A stretch of DNA of 64,000 nt from an uncultured Gammaproteobacteria bacterium (lineage in GTDB: Bacteria; Patescibacteriota; Microgenomatia; Levybacterales; UBA12049), in NCBI GenBank assembly GCA_964414015.1, contig CAYPUE010000001.1, positions 8,893 through 72,892 on the forward strand, written 5' to 3'. The position numbers and the translations under genes were made by a program. This document shows, piece after piece, positions 9,545-20,119 of this stretch (the stretch's first letter is position 1; the number at the start of each line of letters is the position of its first letter). The notes under the pieces were generated by a model that worked only from the letters and a program-made list of their open reading frames with translations, did not search any database and had not been told where the DNA came from.

Positions 9545-10597
9545 TCAAGCCTTATTTTCAAACTTTGATCCTTTTCTAAATTTAATCACTAATTTAGAAA
9601 CACACTCTATATCTTTTTTAGACAAAAGGGGATGAAGAGGAAGAGTTACGACTCGATCTCCGATGTACTCTGTGTTAGGCAAATTTGCTTTATAGTTTTT
9701 GTAGGCTGTCATTGTATGAACCGGAATGAAATGCACGGAACATTGAACTTTATGTTCTGCCATGTATTCAATGAATCTATCTCTATTTTCAACCAAAATT
9801 GGATAAAGGTGATTCCCCATATTGTTCAATCCCAAAATCTTGTTATAGTAATGAACCAAATCTGTTCTTTCTTTCTGCAGAACTGGAAGTCTTTTAAGCT
9901 GTACTCTCCCAAGGGAAGAATTTAAATCCGTGGTGTTAAACTTATAACCAGGAAATTCTATATCGTATCTCCACTTGCTTTGGTTATCGTATCTTTTCCA
10001 TGCATCTTTCGACATACCGTGAAGTCTGGCTTTCCTAAGCCAAATAGCCAACTTCTCATCGTCTGTTGTTATCATGCCACCCTCTCCCGTTGTCATATTC
10101 TTTGTCGCATAAAATGAGTAAGCCGTTAGATTTTTTGAAGCCCCGCTTTTTGGAATAAGATGGGCACTGTCTTCAACTACGGGTAATTCGTAATTTACAA
10201 AAGCTTTCCTTCCGGCATAATGAACAGGCATAATTGCTTTAGTTTTTTTTGTGATTTTTTTTTCAACGCTTTTTGGATCTAGCGTAAAATCATTTTTATT
10301 AATATCAGCAAAGACAGGAGTTGCTCCTGTATGTACGACTACATTAGCTGTAGCTGCAAATGTAAAAGAAGGCACAATTACTTCATCTCCTATCCCAATG
10401 CCTAAAGCTTTGAGGCTTAAAAAAAGTCCCGCTGTGCAACTATTCAAAGCGACAGCAAATCTAGCTCCAACATAATCTGCAAATTCTTCTTCAAAAGCTA
10501 AGGTTTCTTCTCCCATAGTCAACCATCCGCTTTTAAGAACTTTTATAACGCTTTCTATGTCTTCTTTCCCGATTACGGTTTTTGAAAACGAAATCAT
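9545..10597 (-). CDS. DegT/DnrJ/EryC1/StrS-family PLP-dependent NDP-sugar aminotransferase
   Basis: 350 aa. GWLTMGEETLAFEEEFADYVGARFAVALNSCTAGL, VIVPSFTFAATAN, and the PLP-lysine region SFYATKNMTTGEGG are hallmark DegT motifs. Confidence 0.8.
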   Translation of the reverse strand: MISFSKTVIGKEDIESVIKVLKSGWLTMGEETLAFEEEFADYVGARFAVALNSCTAGLFLSLKALGIGIGDEVIVPSFTFAATANVVVHTGATPVFADINKNDFTLDPKSVEKKITKKTKAIMPVHYAGRKAFVNYELPVVEDSAHLIPKSGASKNLTAYSFYATKNMTTGEGGMITTDDEKLAIWLRKARLHGMSKDAWKRYDNQSKWRYDIEFPGYKFNTTDLNSSLGRVQLKRLPVLQKERTDLVHYYNKILGLNNMGNHLYPILVENRDRFIEYMAEHKVQCSVHFIPVHTMTAYKNYKANLPNTEYIGDRVVTLPLHPLLSKKDIECVSKLVIKFRKGSKFENKA

Positions 10598-10600
10598 AAT

Positions 10601-12007
10601 TTAGTTTCTAAAGGATGTAAAAATTTTCGACAACTCTTTTCTTACCATTTCGTCACGAAAATGATCTGCATGCTGCACAAGCGTTTTGATTATTTTTTCA
10701 GAATCTTTCAATTCTAAATTCGAATTTTCTGCAATAAAAATCTTTTTATTTAAAGTTTTTGTCAGATTTTCTTTTTTTGTAAAAAGTTCCTCGCTAAGCT
10801 TTTCTCCGGGTCGCAATCCAGTATAAACTATTTTAATATCTTCTTGAGGAATAAGACCTGAAAGTTTTATTAAAAGTTTCGCTAGATCTACTATTCTTAT
10901 CGACTCCCCCATATCGAGTATGAAAATTTCTCCGCCTTTTCCAAATACGGTTGCCTGAAAAATAAGCTGTACAGCCTCAGGTATAGACATAAAGAATCTT
11001 TTCATGTCTTTATGGGTAATAGTTACGGGACCACCTTCGCTTATTTGTTTTTTAAACAAAGGCAAAACGCTGCCAAAACTATCTAGAACATTACCAAAAC
11101 GAACAGATATGAATTTCGTAAAAGATTTTTTTGAAAATTCAGATACGATGCTTTCCGCAATTCGTTTCGTAGCGCCCATGACACTTTTGGGATAAACTGC
11201 TTTATCTGTAGATATCAAGACAAAATGCGATGATCTATATTTTTTGGCAATTTTTGCTAGAACTATCGTTCCAAATACGTTATTTTTAACCGCCTCGCTT
11301 GGATTATCTTCCATTAATGGCACATGTTTATACGCAGCAGCATGAAAAACTATATCGGGTTTTTCTTCTTTAAAAACCCTATCCACTTTAGCTTCATTCT
11401 TTATGTCTCCTATTATGCTTTTTGTGCTTATATTCGTAAATTTTGATTTAAATTCTAAATCCAGATCGAACATTCCATTTTCCCACCAATCATAAAAAAT
11501 AAGTTTTTTTGGAGAAAAAAGCGCTAATTGCCTACAGATTTCGTGACCAATTGATCCGCATGCTCCTGTAATAAGAATCTTTTTCCCCTTAAAAAAATTT
11601 ATTAAGGTATTTTGCTCCATTTGAACTATTTCTCTGCCTATCAAATCAGAAACATCTACGTCTCTAATCTGATTTATCGCCACTTTTCCTTGTATGATAT
11701 CTAGAGTTCTTGGTATAACCTTAAAAGCTATATTTAGGTTTTTGCATCTTTCTATAATTTTTCTGATTATTCCTCCTCTCGCAGAAGGAATGGCGATAAA
11801 TATCTCACTAATCTTATATTTTTTTATCAGCATATGAAGATCATTTATTTGCCCCAAAACTTGCAAGCCTAAAACTCTTTTACCAATCTTTTCCAAATCA
11901 TCATCTACGAATCCAATAATCTCAATCTTAATGCTTTTATGCTTTCTAAACTCTTTTAGAAGCTCTTTTCCTGCCACTCCAGCTCCAATTATTAATGCTT
12001 TAATCAT
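10601..12007 (-). CDS. NDP-sugar 4,6-dehydratase / polysaccharide biosynthesis protein CapD (PglF/WbpM-like, soluble form)
   Basis: 468 aa. N-terminal Rossmann IIGAGVAGKELLKEF and a second KILITGACGSIGHEICRQL (extended SDR). Sits adjacent to the DegT aminotransferase, as in 4-amino-4,6-dideoxyhexose pathways. Confidence 0.75.
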   Translation of the reverse strand: MIKALIIGAGVAGKELLKEFRKHKSIKIEIIGFVDDDLEKIGKRVLGLQVLGQINDLHMLIKKYKISEIFIAIPSARGGIIRKIIERCKNLNIAFKVIPRTLDIIQGKVAINQIRDVDVSDLIGREIVQMEQNTLINFFKGKKILITGACGSIGHEICRQLALFSPKKLIFYDWWENGMFDLDLEFKSKFTNISTKSIIGDIKNEAKVDRVFKEEKPDIVFHAAAYKHVPLMEDNPSEAVKNNVFGTIVLAKIAKKYRSSHFVLISTDKAVYPKSVMGATKRIAESIVSEFSKKSFTKFISVRFGNVLDSFGSVLPLFKKQISEGGPVTITHKDMKRFFMSIPEAVQLIFQATVFGKGGEIFILDMGESIRIVDLAKLLIKLSGLIPQEDIKIVYTGLRPGEKLSEELFTKKENLTKTLNKKIFIAENSNLELKDSEKIIKTLVQHADHFRDEMVRKELSKIFTSFRN

Positions 12008-12008
12008 G

Positions 12009-13166
12009 TCAATTTTTAAATAATTCTATTTTTTTTATTAAATTTGCCGCTATTTGCGATACGTTAAAGTCCTTTGCGAAAACTTTTAGATTATTTTTGA
12101 AACTTTTTCTTTTATCTTTTCCGTTCTTAACGAATGTTTCCAACATCGCTGATAGCTTTTTAATATCTCCTGATGGGAATGTATATCCTATTTTGTATTT
12201 TTTTACTAATTTAGGCATATCTCCAGCATCCGAAACAATAACGGGAATTCCTGCCTTCGCGCCCTCTGTCAAAGTCAAAGGGATACTATCGCTTCTCGAT
12301 GGGATAACTAATAAATCTGATTTTGCAAGATATGAAAATATAATATTTTTATCATCTACATTTCCCAAAAATGAAACTTTTCCCCTTAGACCATATTCTA
12401 CACTTTTTTGGATTAGTTTCTCAAGCAACACTCCTCCACCCAAAAAATAAGCATGATAATTCATTTGCTTTGGTAACGCCGAAAGCGAAGACAAAAGTAT
12501 ATCAGGACCTTTCACCTTCTCAAGACGTCCCAAAAAAATAAAATTTACTAATCTTTCATCTATAGCTACTTTTATTCTTTTTATATTCCTAAATGCTGTT
12601 GCTGAAGGGAGAAATGTGCAAATCTTGTTGCTAAACTTAGTAATTTTATTGGCTAAATCAATACCGTCTGCAAGAAGAAAATTTGAATTATCAACAGATT
12701 TTTTAATCCAATATCCTACAATGGGCAACTTTTGATAAATATATATGTCTGAACCAAGAGCCCATATGCCATATGGAACTTTCAAGGCTCTATTGATCTG
12801 GTATGCCAATATACCAGCCGGAATTGCCCAAAACGCCAAACATAAATCAACCGGGTCTTTCTTAATGATTGCTTCTATATCATTTTTTGACTGAATAAAT
12901 AATATACAAAGTTTGATCAGATCGAATATATTGTAGAATTTAACTTCGCCGAGACTTTTCCCAAGACTTCCTTTGCTCAAAAAGTAAATCTTAAGTCTGC
13001 CATCTAAACAAACTGTTGTTTTTGCAACTGATGCGTTGACAACGAAAATCTGAATACTGTGACCTCTTTCTGCGAGTTCTTGCGCCATATCTGAAACGAA
13101 AATTCCGGCATTGCCTCTCTCTTTTGAAGACAAAGGATAGTTGTGAGTTATAAATGCTATTTTCAT
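12009..13166 (-). CDS. GT4 family glycosyltransferase
   Basis: 385 aa. N-terminal MKIAFITHNYPLSS...GNAGIFVSD. C-terminal GT-B half with a GT4-like E-x7-E region (LTEGAKAGIPVIVSDAGDMPKLV). Confidence 0.7.
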   Translation of the reverse strand: MKIAFITHNYPLSSKERGNAGIFVSDMAQELAERGHSIQIFVVNASVAKTTVCLDGRLKIYFLSKGSLGKSLGEVKFYNIFDLIKLCILFIQSKNDIEAIIKKDPVDLCLAFWAIPAGILAYQINRALKVPYGIWALGSDIYIYQKLPIVGYWIKKSVDNSNFLLADGIDLANKITKFSNKICTFLPSATAFRNIKRIKVAIDERLVNFIFLGRLEKVKGPDILLSSLSALPKQMNYHAYFLGGGVLLEKLIQKSVEYGLRGKVSFLGNVDDKNIIFSYLAKSDLLVIPSRSDSIPLTLTEGAKAGIPVIVSDAGDMPKLVKKYKIGYTFPSGDIKKLSAMLETFVKNGKDKRKSFKNNLKVFAKDFNVSQIAANLIKKIELFKN

Positions 13167-15304
13167 GGCGTAATATCTGATAATTTAGAGATGATAATTC
13201 TTTCTACATTAAATATACAGGAGTTATTAGAATCCGGATAAATTATAATAGACTTTGCGGGCTTTGCTGCAAAGAAATAGACCAAACGTCTATCTTTTGG
13301 TTCTATATCTGTAGTAACCTGCAAAATGGGAACATTATCCGCTTGCCTCTGCCAAACTTCCCCATCCTTAGAAATATGAACCGTTCCTTCCTTTAGCGGA
13401 TCACAATTTGAATTATCATAATAGAGGTCAAGTTTAGTTAGAAAAATGTTCTTATTGAAAACAATTCTAAGTCCACTGTCTTCATCTTTCTCTGCTGATA
13501 CGATATCCACATTATTGTCTTCGTTTAAAAAATCTTTCTTCGTATGTTCTATGTCGTTTTTCCATATTTTTAAAATTGTTACTCCATCTATTTTTTTATC
13601 ATAAACCGGATTAAGGTAGGTTTCCAAATATTCATACTGATATCCTTGCAAAGGGAAACCTTGGGCGATCATGTCCATTAGGTATTCACCCTTCCGTTCA
13701 GTACCGCTCCAATAGTTGTTCCACAAAGCAATATCTGTCCTTAGCCGGGGTCGTGGTATATTTCCAAGCGTTGCAGAAACAAGAGCTAATTGTGCACTTC
13801 CAGGTGCATTTTTATTCATCCACTCGACCCCCTGAAGATATACATTACCATAACTATTACCCCAACCCGAAATATTTTTCTCTTTTGCTCCTTTCAATCC
13901 GCCAATAAAACTATTAAAATAAACATTTTCATTTGGATGAAGGCGTATTATATTTATTGCTGCCGGAATAAACATTATTATAATTAAACTCATTACAAAA
14001 AGATTAACCATGTAAAGTTTGTTTTTAGCAAATATCTTATTTTGAATAAGAAAATTTGAAATGGATTTTCTTATCATTAATGCCCCTAATCCAGCTAAAA
14101 GAGCCATCGCCGGAATAAATTCCATTATTTGCCTATCTCCGCCATAAATAGATGCACCAGGAACGCTTACTCTCAATATTGGGATAACAAACCACAAGAG
14201 AAATAAAAACGATGTCTTTTTATTTTCTTTTTTAAATAAAGACATGGAGCTCAATATGCCTAATCCTGATAAGAAAATTATTATTGGCGGAGTTGTATAG
14301 AAAATCCATTGTATTGCATACGTATTCCATCCGAATAATAAATACCCTGACTGGTAAATTGCGCCGGTACCAATACCTTTGTAATAAAGCACTACAGACA
14401 ATAAATTACGATAGGGATCTTGCCATAAGTAAGGCCATGTACCAAAGAATATGGCAAATACTATAAATGGATAAAATATTAAATAGAATAAGAGTGTTCT
14501 ATTTTTTTTAGTAAACGCTATTAACTTAGGCCATTTAAACTTACCCCAAATGTAAGCAATAAACCACGGAAGAATTATAAAAGGCAAAAATACAATATTA
14601 AATTTTGTACCCAACGCAAATCCACAAGAAATACTTGAAGCTAAAATCCATCTCCAACTTTTTCTTGTTATCCCTTCAAAAAAAGCAAAAATTGTAAAGG
14701 TAAAAAATGCAGCTTCAGGAGGATCTTTTATGTTGAAATGCACTTCGCCAAAAAATAAAGGGTAAAGAAAGAGAGAAAGAGAGGAAATAATTCCTGCAAA
14801 AATTCCGTAATACCTGGCAGAAAAAATATAAACCACAAAAAGCATTAATCCTCCAGTTAAAATTTCAAATAGATGGTATGAATTTAAGTCATCCATTACG
14901 CCTAGCTTTCTATAAAAAATGTAATTTGTGGTAGCTGCTAGAATATCGCTAAGAGGAGGATGTCCGCTATCATTCTTAAGGAAATATTCTGGAGTCCACC
15001 CTTCATATTGATATCCGCTTGCTCTTAAGTCTGACGTTAATTTTCTTTGTTTTTCCTTATATTCCTGCAAAGCTTTTTTTATATCGGGATATCCTGGGTT
15101 TCCCGCATGGGGTTTATCTTGAGATAAACCGGAAAAATCTTTTTTGCCAGTAAGAAAATAGTGAAGGTATGCAAAACCTCTTGAAAAATGCAGAGGCTCG
15201 TCCCAATTGATCCCATAATCTGACATTGTCAAAAAAAGAGCAGAAAAATAGAAAGATACCAACATTAATCCTACAATAATGTATTTTTTCTTGAATAAAT
15301 TCAT
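13163..15304 (-). CDS. Large polytopic membrane protein, GT-C-like glycosyltransferase with C-terminal soluble domain
   Basis: 713 aa. First periplasmic loop with GINWDEPLHFSRGFAY. More than 10 TM helices. Soluble about 250 aa C-terminal domain. Confidence 0.45.
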   Translation of the reverse strand: MNLFKKKYIIVGLMLVSFYFSALFLTMSDYGINWDEPLHFSRGFAYLHYFLTGKKDFSGLSQDKPHAGNPGYPDIKKALQEYKEKQRKLTSDLRASGYQYEGWTPEYFLKNDSGHPPLSDILAATTNYIFYRKLGVMDDLNSYHLFEILTGGLMLFVVYIFSARYYGIFAGIISSLSLFLYPLFFGEVHFNIKDPPEAAFFTFTIFAFFEGITRKSWRWILASSISCGFALGTKFNIVFLPFIILPWFIAYIWGKFKWPKLIAFTKKNRTLLFYLIFYPFIVFAIFFGTWPYLWQDPYRNLLSVVLYYKGIGTGAIYQSGYLLFGWNTYAIQWIFYTTPPIIIFLSGLGILSSMSLFKKENKKTSFLFLLWFVIPILRVSVPGASIYGGDRQIMEFIPAMALLAGLGALMIRKSISNFLIQNKIFAKNKLYMVNLFVMSLIIIMFIPAAINIIRLHPNENVYFNSFIGGLKGAKEKNISGWGNSYGNVYLQGVEWMNKNAPGSAQLALVSATLGNIPRPRLRTDIALWNNYWSGTERKGEYLMDMIAQGFPLQGYQYEYLETYLNPVYDKKIDGVTILKIWKNDIEHTKKDFLNEDNNVDIVSAEKDEDSGLRIVFNKNIFLTKLDLYYDNSNCDPLKEGTVHISKDGEVWQRQADNVPILQVTTDIEPKDRRLVYFFAAKPAKSIIIYPDSNNSCIFNVERIIISKLSDITP

Positions 15305-16419
15305 AAATCCTTAATTATTTTCATAAAATAATTTGCAGTTTTTTGCCAATCATATTGCTTGCTTTGCTTAATTGCTCCATCTCTTAAAATCTTATATAGA
15401 TTTTTATTTTCAAAAAGCTTAACCAGATTTCTAAATAATTCTTCCGTGGTATTTTTATTACAAACTAACCCAGTTTTGTAGTTTATGGCTACTTCCGAAA
15501 GCCCAGGAGAATTATAAACAACAGCCGGAGTCCCTACCATTCCTGCCTCCGGAATAGTTAAGCCGAATCCTTCCTTAAATGATGGGGAAACCAATATGTG
15601 CGCTTTTGACATTAGCTCAAATTTCTTGTTCTCATCCACGAAGCCGAAAAAAGTAACTGCATCTTCAAGACTAAGTTTTCTGATCATGTCTCGTAAATGT
15701 TGTTCGTATTCGTTATTTCCTCTGCCAATGATCCATAACTTAACATCATTATTCCACCTTTTTAATTTAGATAGAGTAAGCAAAGCGTCTTCCGCCCCTT
15801 TAGTTTTGGCCAAACGTCCTACGAAAATTATGGTGGGATCGCTTGCTTTTTTCAAAACTTTGATATTTTTTGGCTTGCTTATCCCCATTGGCAAAACTTT
15901 TATATTTTTATGATCCACTCCGTTCTTAACCAAATCAATTTTTGTAGAATTGGAGATTGTGACAAAATTGATTTTTTTATAAACGAGCCTAAGATAAAAA
16001 ATCTCAGCAATTCTTCCGATATAACCGAAAAATCCTCCGAACATTTTTATCCAAATATCACCTGCAACTTCACAAACCAAAACGATCTTTTTCTCTTTTA
16101 CGTAAAAAGGCGTAAAGAAAGGAAGACCATGCACCTCGTCGATAACAATATCTATTCTTCCTATAAGCTTAGTTAAGTAGTAATAAAATGCTAGGAAATG
16201 AACTGACCTAAATAGATACCTTGCATCAGGATGACCCATTCTGATTACTCGAACGCCGTCTATAACTTCTTTGTTTTTACAACCAGGAAACGAGGACGAG
16301 AATAGAATTACCTTATTCCCTTTCTTAACCCATCTTTTAGCAATTTCGTGAGTTAATATTTCTGCCCCGCCCGAAGAAGGATTCTTAATATCACGCCAAT
16401 TAAATATTAATATTCTCAT
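15301..16419 (-). CDS. GT4 family glycosyltransferase
   Basis: 372 aa. MRILIFNWRDIKNPSSGGAEILTHE at the N-terminus. C-terminal EGFGLTIPEAGMVGTPAVVYNSPG (GT4 E-x7-E motif). Confidence 0.7.
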   Translation of the reverse strand: MRILIFNWRDIKNPSSGGAEILTHEIAKRWVKKGNKVILFSSSFPGCKNKEVIDGVRVIRMGHPDARYLFRSVHFLAFYYYLTKLIGRIDIVIDEVHGLPFFTPFYVKEKKIVLVCEVAGDIWIKMFGGFFGYIGRIAEIFYLRLVYKKINFVTISNSTKIDLVKNGVDHKNIKVLPMGISKPKNIKVLKKASDPTIIFVGRLAKTKGAEDALLTLSKLKRWNNDVKLWIIGRGNNEYEQHLRDMIRKLSLEDAVTFFGFVDENKKFELMSKAHILVSPSFKEGFGLTIPEAGMVGTPAVVYNSPGLSEVAINYKTGLVCNKNTTEELFRNLVKLFENKNLYKILRDGAIKQSKQYDWQKTANYFMKIIKDL

Positions 16420-17225
16420 CCTATATTAACTCTAAAATTTAATTCCGGATCGTATCTCCATTTTCTTTTATTGTTGTTATCATAATATTTTAAGATTTTC
16501 AGCCTGTAAAAAATAGCAAGCGAATCCCAAAAGGTCTTAAATAATGCCGACATTAAGCTTTGAGAAACCAAACTTTTTTTAAAATTATATTTTATTTCAA
16601 CGGGAGCCTCGAATATTTTTTTATAACCCAGATGGTAAGCTACTGCCAAAATTTCTATATCGAAAGCAAATTCCTTAACTAATAGTCTAGGGAAAACATC
16701 TTCTATAACTTTCCTTTTGAAAAATTTCATCCCAACTTGTGTATCTCGCACATTAAGACCAAAAAGTACTCTTATGAAAATTTGAGACAGAAGACTTATT
16801 ATTTTTCTACTTAAGGGATATTTAACCTTAGATGATGGATGACGCTTGCTCCCAATCATTACGTCTGCATCATGCCACTCGAACTGCTCAATCAAGATCG
16901 ATAATCCATTTGGATTAAGGTCCATTCCCGAGTCAATAAAACCAACTATATCCCCTTTCGATCTAACCATGCCATACCTAACAGCATAACCTTTCCCATG
17001 ATTATGCTCATAACCCACAACTATGACTTTATTAGAACTTGCTTTTTTTGCATTCTTAAATGTCTCATCAGCTTGACCATCTACCACAACGATAATTTCA
17101 TAATCATACCGTAATTCTTCCATGACATTTTTGATGCGCAATATATCTTCACGAATCGTTTTTTCTTGCTTGAACGCGGGAATAATAACGGATACCAAAT
17201 GTTGTCTTTTATTTTGTTTCGCCAT
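16416..17225 (-). CDS. GT2 family glycosyltransferase
   Basis: 269 aa. VSVIIPAFKQEKTI ... YEIIVVVDGQADET ... FIDSGMD (DxD-type). Confidence 0.7.
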   Translation of the reverse strand: MAKQNKRQHLVSVIIPAFKQEKTIREDILRIKNVMEELRYDYEIIVVVDGQADETFKNAKKASSNKVIVVGYEHNHGKGYAVRYGMVRSKGDIVGFIDSGMDLNPNGLSILIEQFEWHDADVMIGSKRHPSSKVKYPLSRKIISLLSQIFIRVLFGLNVRDTQVGMKFFKRKVIEDVFPRLLVKEFAFDIEILAVAYHLGYKKIFEAPVEIKYNFKKSLVSQSLMSALFKTFWDSLAIFYRLKILKYYDNNNKRKWRYDPELNFRVNIG

Positions 17226-18471
17226 AAAGCTTTAGGTAATATAGCAAAAGCAAAATCAGAAGTAAACCTGTAATGCCAAACGAAATAGCGATTATGTGAA
17301 AAAAAGTTTCGTGGAAAAACCATATTAATATTCCCTGGAGAATAGCACCAAAAAGTACAGGGATGAACACTTTTGTTTTTTTAATAGATAGGTAAAAATT
17401 AGTACATATAAAAAGCATTGAATATATAGTTATGTACATTCCAAAAAAACCAACAAGCGGAGCAGCAAAAACTGCTTCTTCTTTTTTGCTAAAAACATTT
17501 AACATGAACTCCGGAAATAAAAAATAGAAAATTGTTAAAGCTGCCGAAGCAGCAAAAACCAACAGTAAAGACAAGATAAATATTGAATGGTAACTTTCTT
17601 TTTTTGTATGTTTCTGCACAATAAGAGGAAACATAACCGTTCCAATAGGAGCCGAGAAAAAGAAAATAACTCTTCCAATTAGAGAGAGTGTCGCATACAC
17701 TCCTGCTTGCGTCGGATCAAAAAAGTGCTTTACTAATATAATGTCTGTTGAGATAAATGAAGTAAGCCCTAAAAGCGCCAATGTTGCAGGACCCGCATAT
17801 TTGAACATCGTTGCGAAATTAATAATAGTTTTTTTTTCGCTTCGATGAAGCAAAAAGGGCAAGCGCAGAAATGTTAAACCATAAGGAATCAGACCTGCGA
17901 CAAAAAATGCCAACATTGCGCCACCCACTGCAAATCCAGTAAAAACAAGCGAAACCCCAACAACAAACTTTAAAAAAGCTCCTATAAAAATTACTATTGA
18001 AAGAAAAATAAAATCCAGCTTTGCCTGAAGCAATGCTTGATTTATGACAAAAATAAAACCCGCGAAAACATTCAGCCCCACAAGAATAATTAAAAACTCA
18101 TCACTAATCCTAAAAAACTCTCCTATATTATGACTATATAAGACAAAAATGGCGAAAATTATTGCTCCAACCAGAAAAAGTATTTTGTTCATTCTTAAGA
18201 ACAATCCCCTTACTAAGGCTACATCTCCTTTAGCGAAATACGATCCTGCAAACCGAACAATTGTTGGAACAATTCCTGCCGCCGAAAAACCAAAAAGCGT
18301 AATAATCGATATAAGACTGGCCAATGCTCCATAATCGGAAAACGTAAGATTCCTGCTCATGAAAATGTTAAAAAGAAAATTAAATATATTTGCTGATAAT
18401 GAACCAAGAAAAACTATTATGCTTCCTGAAATAAGGGGGTGTTCTATAACCTGACGGATTTTTTTTCTCAT
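17209..18471 (-). CDS. Wzx/MOP-superfamily polysaccharide (oligosaccharide-lipid) flippase
   Basis: 420 aa. About 12 TM helices. N-terminal pattern LISGSIIVFLGSLSANIFNFLFNIFMSRNLTFSDYG is typical of PST/Wzx family transporters. Confidence 0.6.
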   Translation of the reverse strand: MRKKIRQVIEHPLISGSIIVFLGSLSANIFNFLFNIFMSRNLTFSDYGALASLISIITLFGFSAAGIVPTIVRFAGSYFAKGDVALVRGLFLRMNKILFLVGAIIFAIFVLYSHNIGEFFRISDEFLIILVGLNVFAGFIFVINQALLQAKLDFIFLSIVIFIGAFLKFVVGVSLVFTGFAVGGAMLAFFVAGLIPYGLTFLRLPFLLHRSEKKTIINFATMFKYAGPATLALLGLTSFISTDIILVKHFFDPTQAGVYATLSLIGRVIFFFSAPIGTVMFPLIVQKHTKKESYHSIFILSLLLVFAASAALTIFYFLFPEFMLNVFSKKEEAVFAAPLVGFFGMYITIYSMLFICTNFYLSIKKTKVFIPVLFGAILQGILIWFFHETFFHIIAISFGITGLLLILLLLYYLKLYGETK

Positions 18472-19025
18472 AGAGCTTTTCGCACGCTATCCCACGAGAA
18501 CAAGGATCCATCAGTAAGCTTTACTTGAGCTTCTTCGTAGGAAATTCTGCCTTCCTCTTTTGGGTTGTAAAGCGCAGTTGGAAAATTAAGAAGGATAGCT
18601 GGCTCTTTCGAGACCACCATAAAACCATGAAGGGTTTTTTTGGGAATCAATAGAACGTAGGGATTATCATCAGCTTTCATATTGAAAAGGTTTAGTAATC
18701 CAAAAGTTGGAGAATCTTCACGATTATCTGCTATGGCCACAACTATTGATCCCTGGATAACCAAAAATCTGTCTTCCTGCACTGTAGGATGATAATGCCA
18801 GACTTTTTCATCCCTTGCGATTCCGCTTGGAGTAATAGAGTAATACTGCATTGCAAACTCTTTACTCTTACCGTAAATATCAGGCCAGTCTGTCCTAAGG
18901 GTCTCAACCAATATTCCCGATTTATCCCTATTAATTTTTAAAGGATGCATAATAACATCCTTTACAAGCGTAAAATTGTTTTTATTTGAAATGTTAATAA
19001 ACTCCATTACAAGATATGATATCAA
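18468..19025 (-). CDS. Cupin-fold NDP-sugar epimerase/isomerase (RmlC/dTDP-4-dehydrorhamnose 3,5-epimerase-like)
   Basis: 185 aa. DEKVWHYHPTVQEDRFLVIQGSIVVAIADNREDSPTFG matches the RmlC-family core (R/HxH..Q..k.v.v..G.v.dV.vD.R..SpTfG). Confidence 0.5.
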   Translation of the reverse strand: MISYLVMEFINISNKNNFTLVKDVIMHPLKINRDKSGILVETLRTDWPDIYGKSKEFAMQYYSITPSGIARDEKVWHYHPTVQEDRFLVIQGSIVVAIADNREDSPTFGLLNLFNMKADDNPYVLLIPKKTLHGFMVVSKEPAILLNFPTALYNPKEEGRISYEEAQVKLTDGSLFSWDSVRKAL

Positions 19026-20092
19026 ATTGTCGTATCTATTGCTATCTTTTTATATACATTAAATGTTTCTTCTGCAGTTTTTTTCCAAGAGAATTTTTTT
19101 GCCTGAATTAAACCTTTTTTAGAATATTCTTCCCTAAGCTTTTTGTTTTCGTACATTGTCCTAATGCCTTCGCCAATACTGTCAGGATCGTAAGCATTAA
19201 CATAGAAAACCGTATTGCTTGCAATTTCCGGTATTGACCCCTCTTTCGTAGTAACTACCGGACAACCGCAACTCATTGCCTCAAGAATCGGAAGACCAAA
19301 TCCTTCGTATAGAGAGGGCATTACAAAAACTGTAGCTAAATTGTAAATCATAACCAAATCGCTAGTAGGTATAAATCCTAAACGTAGAATATTTTTATCT
19401 TTTTCTACCAACTTCTCTACTCTAGTGCGATCTTGATTCCATAAATTATCTTTGTCAAAATCAAAATTCGTAAGAGCTTTTCCAACCATAACAAGAGGCA
19501 CCTTAATCCTCTTAACCGCTTCTATTAACCTTGGTAAATTTTTATTCCAAGTTACATCTCCCACATAGAGCAAAAAATTCTCCGGAAGGGAATATTTTTT
19601 GCTAATTTTTAATTTTAAATTTTCAATTTTCAATCGCTTGAACGCCTCGCCCGCGGCTAAGTAGATAACGTGAATTTTGCGTTCCGGAATCCCAACGTAT
19701 TTAACAATGTCTTTTTTCGAAGAAAAAGAATCAGTTATTACTGCATCTGCGCTGCTCAAGGCGGCTTTTTGCAATTGCCATTTTAGCTCTCCTTTTATGC
19801 CTCTTGGAAAAAATTTCGGAAAAGCTAAAGGCGTTAAGTCATGAACTGTCACTATTGTTTTATATTTTTTGTAAATTGGCAGTGTTAGAAAAAACGGCTC
19901 AAAATAAGGATAATGGACTAAATCCGTATCTTTGGGTAAATTTTCACCTCGAGTAAAAAAAGTATACTGATTGTCCGGATAATATTGCAATAAGGATTTT
20001 TTAAGATTTTCTATATAAAATCCTGTACCCCGAACTCTATGTGCAAGATTACGAGCGTCAATCAGCGGGGATACATCAACAGCTATGTTCAT
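19022..20092 (-). CDS. GT4 family glycosyltransferase
   Basis: 356 aa. C-terminal half FVMPSLYEGFGLPILEAMSCGCPVVTT is the canonical GT4 motif. Confidence 0.75.
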   Translation of the reverse strand: MNIAVDVSPLIDARNLAHRVRGTGFYIENLKKSLLQYYPDNQYTFFTRGENLPKDTDLVHYPYFEPFFLTLPIYKKYKTIVTVHDLTPLAFPKFFPRGIKGELKWQLQKAALSSADAVITDSFSSKKDIVKYVGIPERKIHVIYLAAGEAFKRLKIENLKLKISKKYSLPENFLLYVGDVTWNKNLPRLIEAVKRIKVPLVMVGKALTNFDFDKDNLWNQDRTRVEKLVEKDKNILRLGFIPTSDLVMIYNLATVFVMPSLYEGFGLPILEAMSCGCPVVTTKEGSIPEIASNTVFYVNAYDPDSIGEGIRTMYENKKLREEYSKKGLIQAKKFSWKKTAEETFNVYKKIAIDTTI

Positions 20093-20119
20093 ATCTTTAT
20101 TCTAGCAAAGCAGGATTGC

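Noticed and set aside
9538-9549. 12-bp perfect palindrome gcttgatcaagc at the convergent junction of 8990..9526 and 9545..10597
   Set aside because: It has no loop and no flanking T-run. It overlaps the DegT stop codon and is more likely a chance palindrome or restriction-like site than a terminator.
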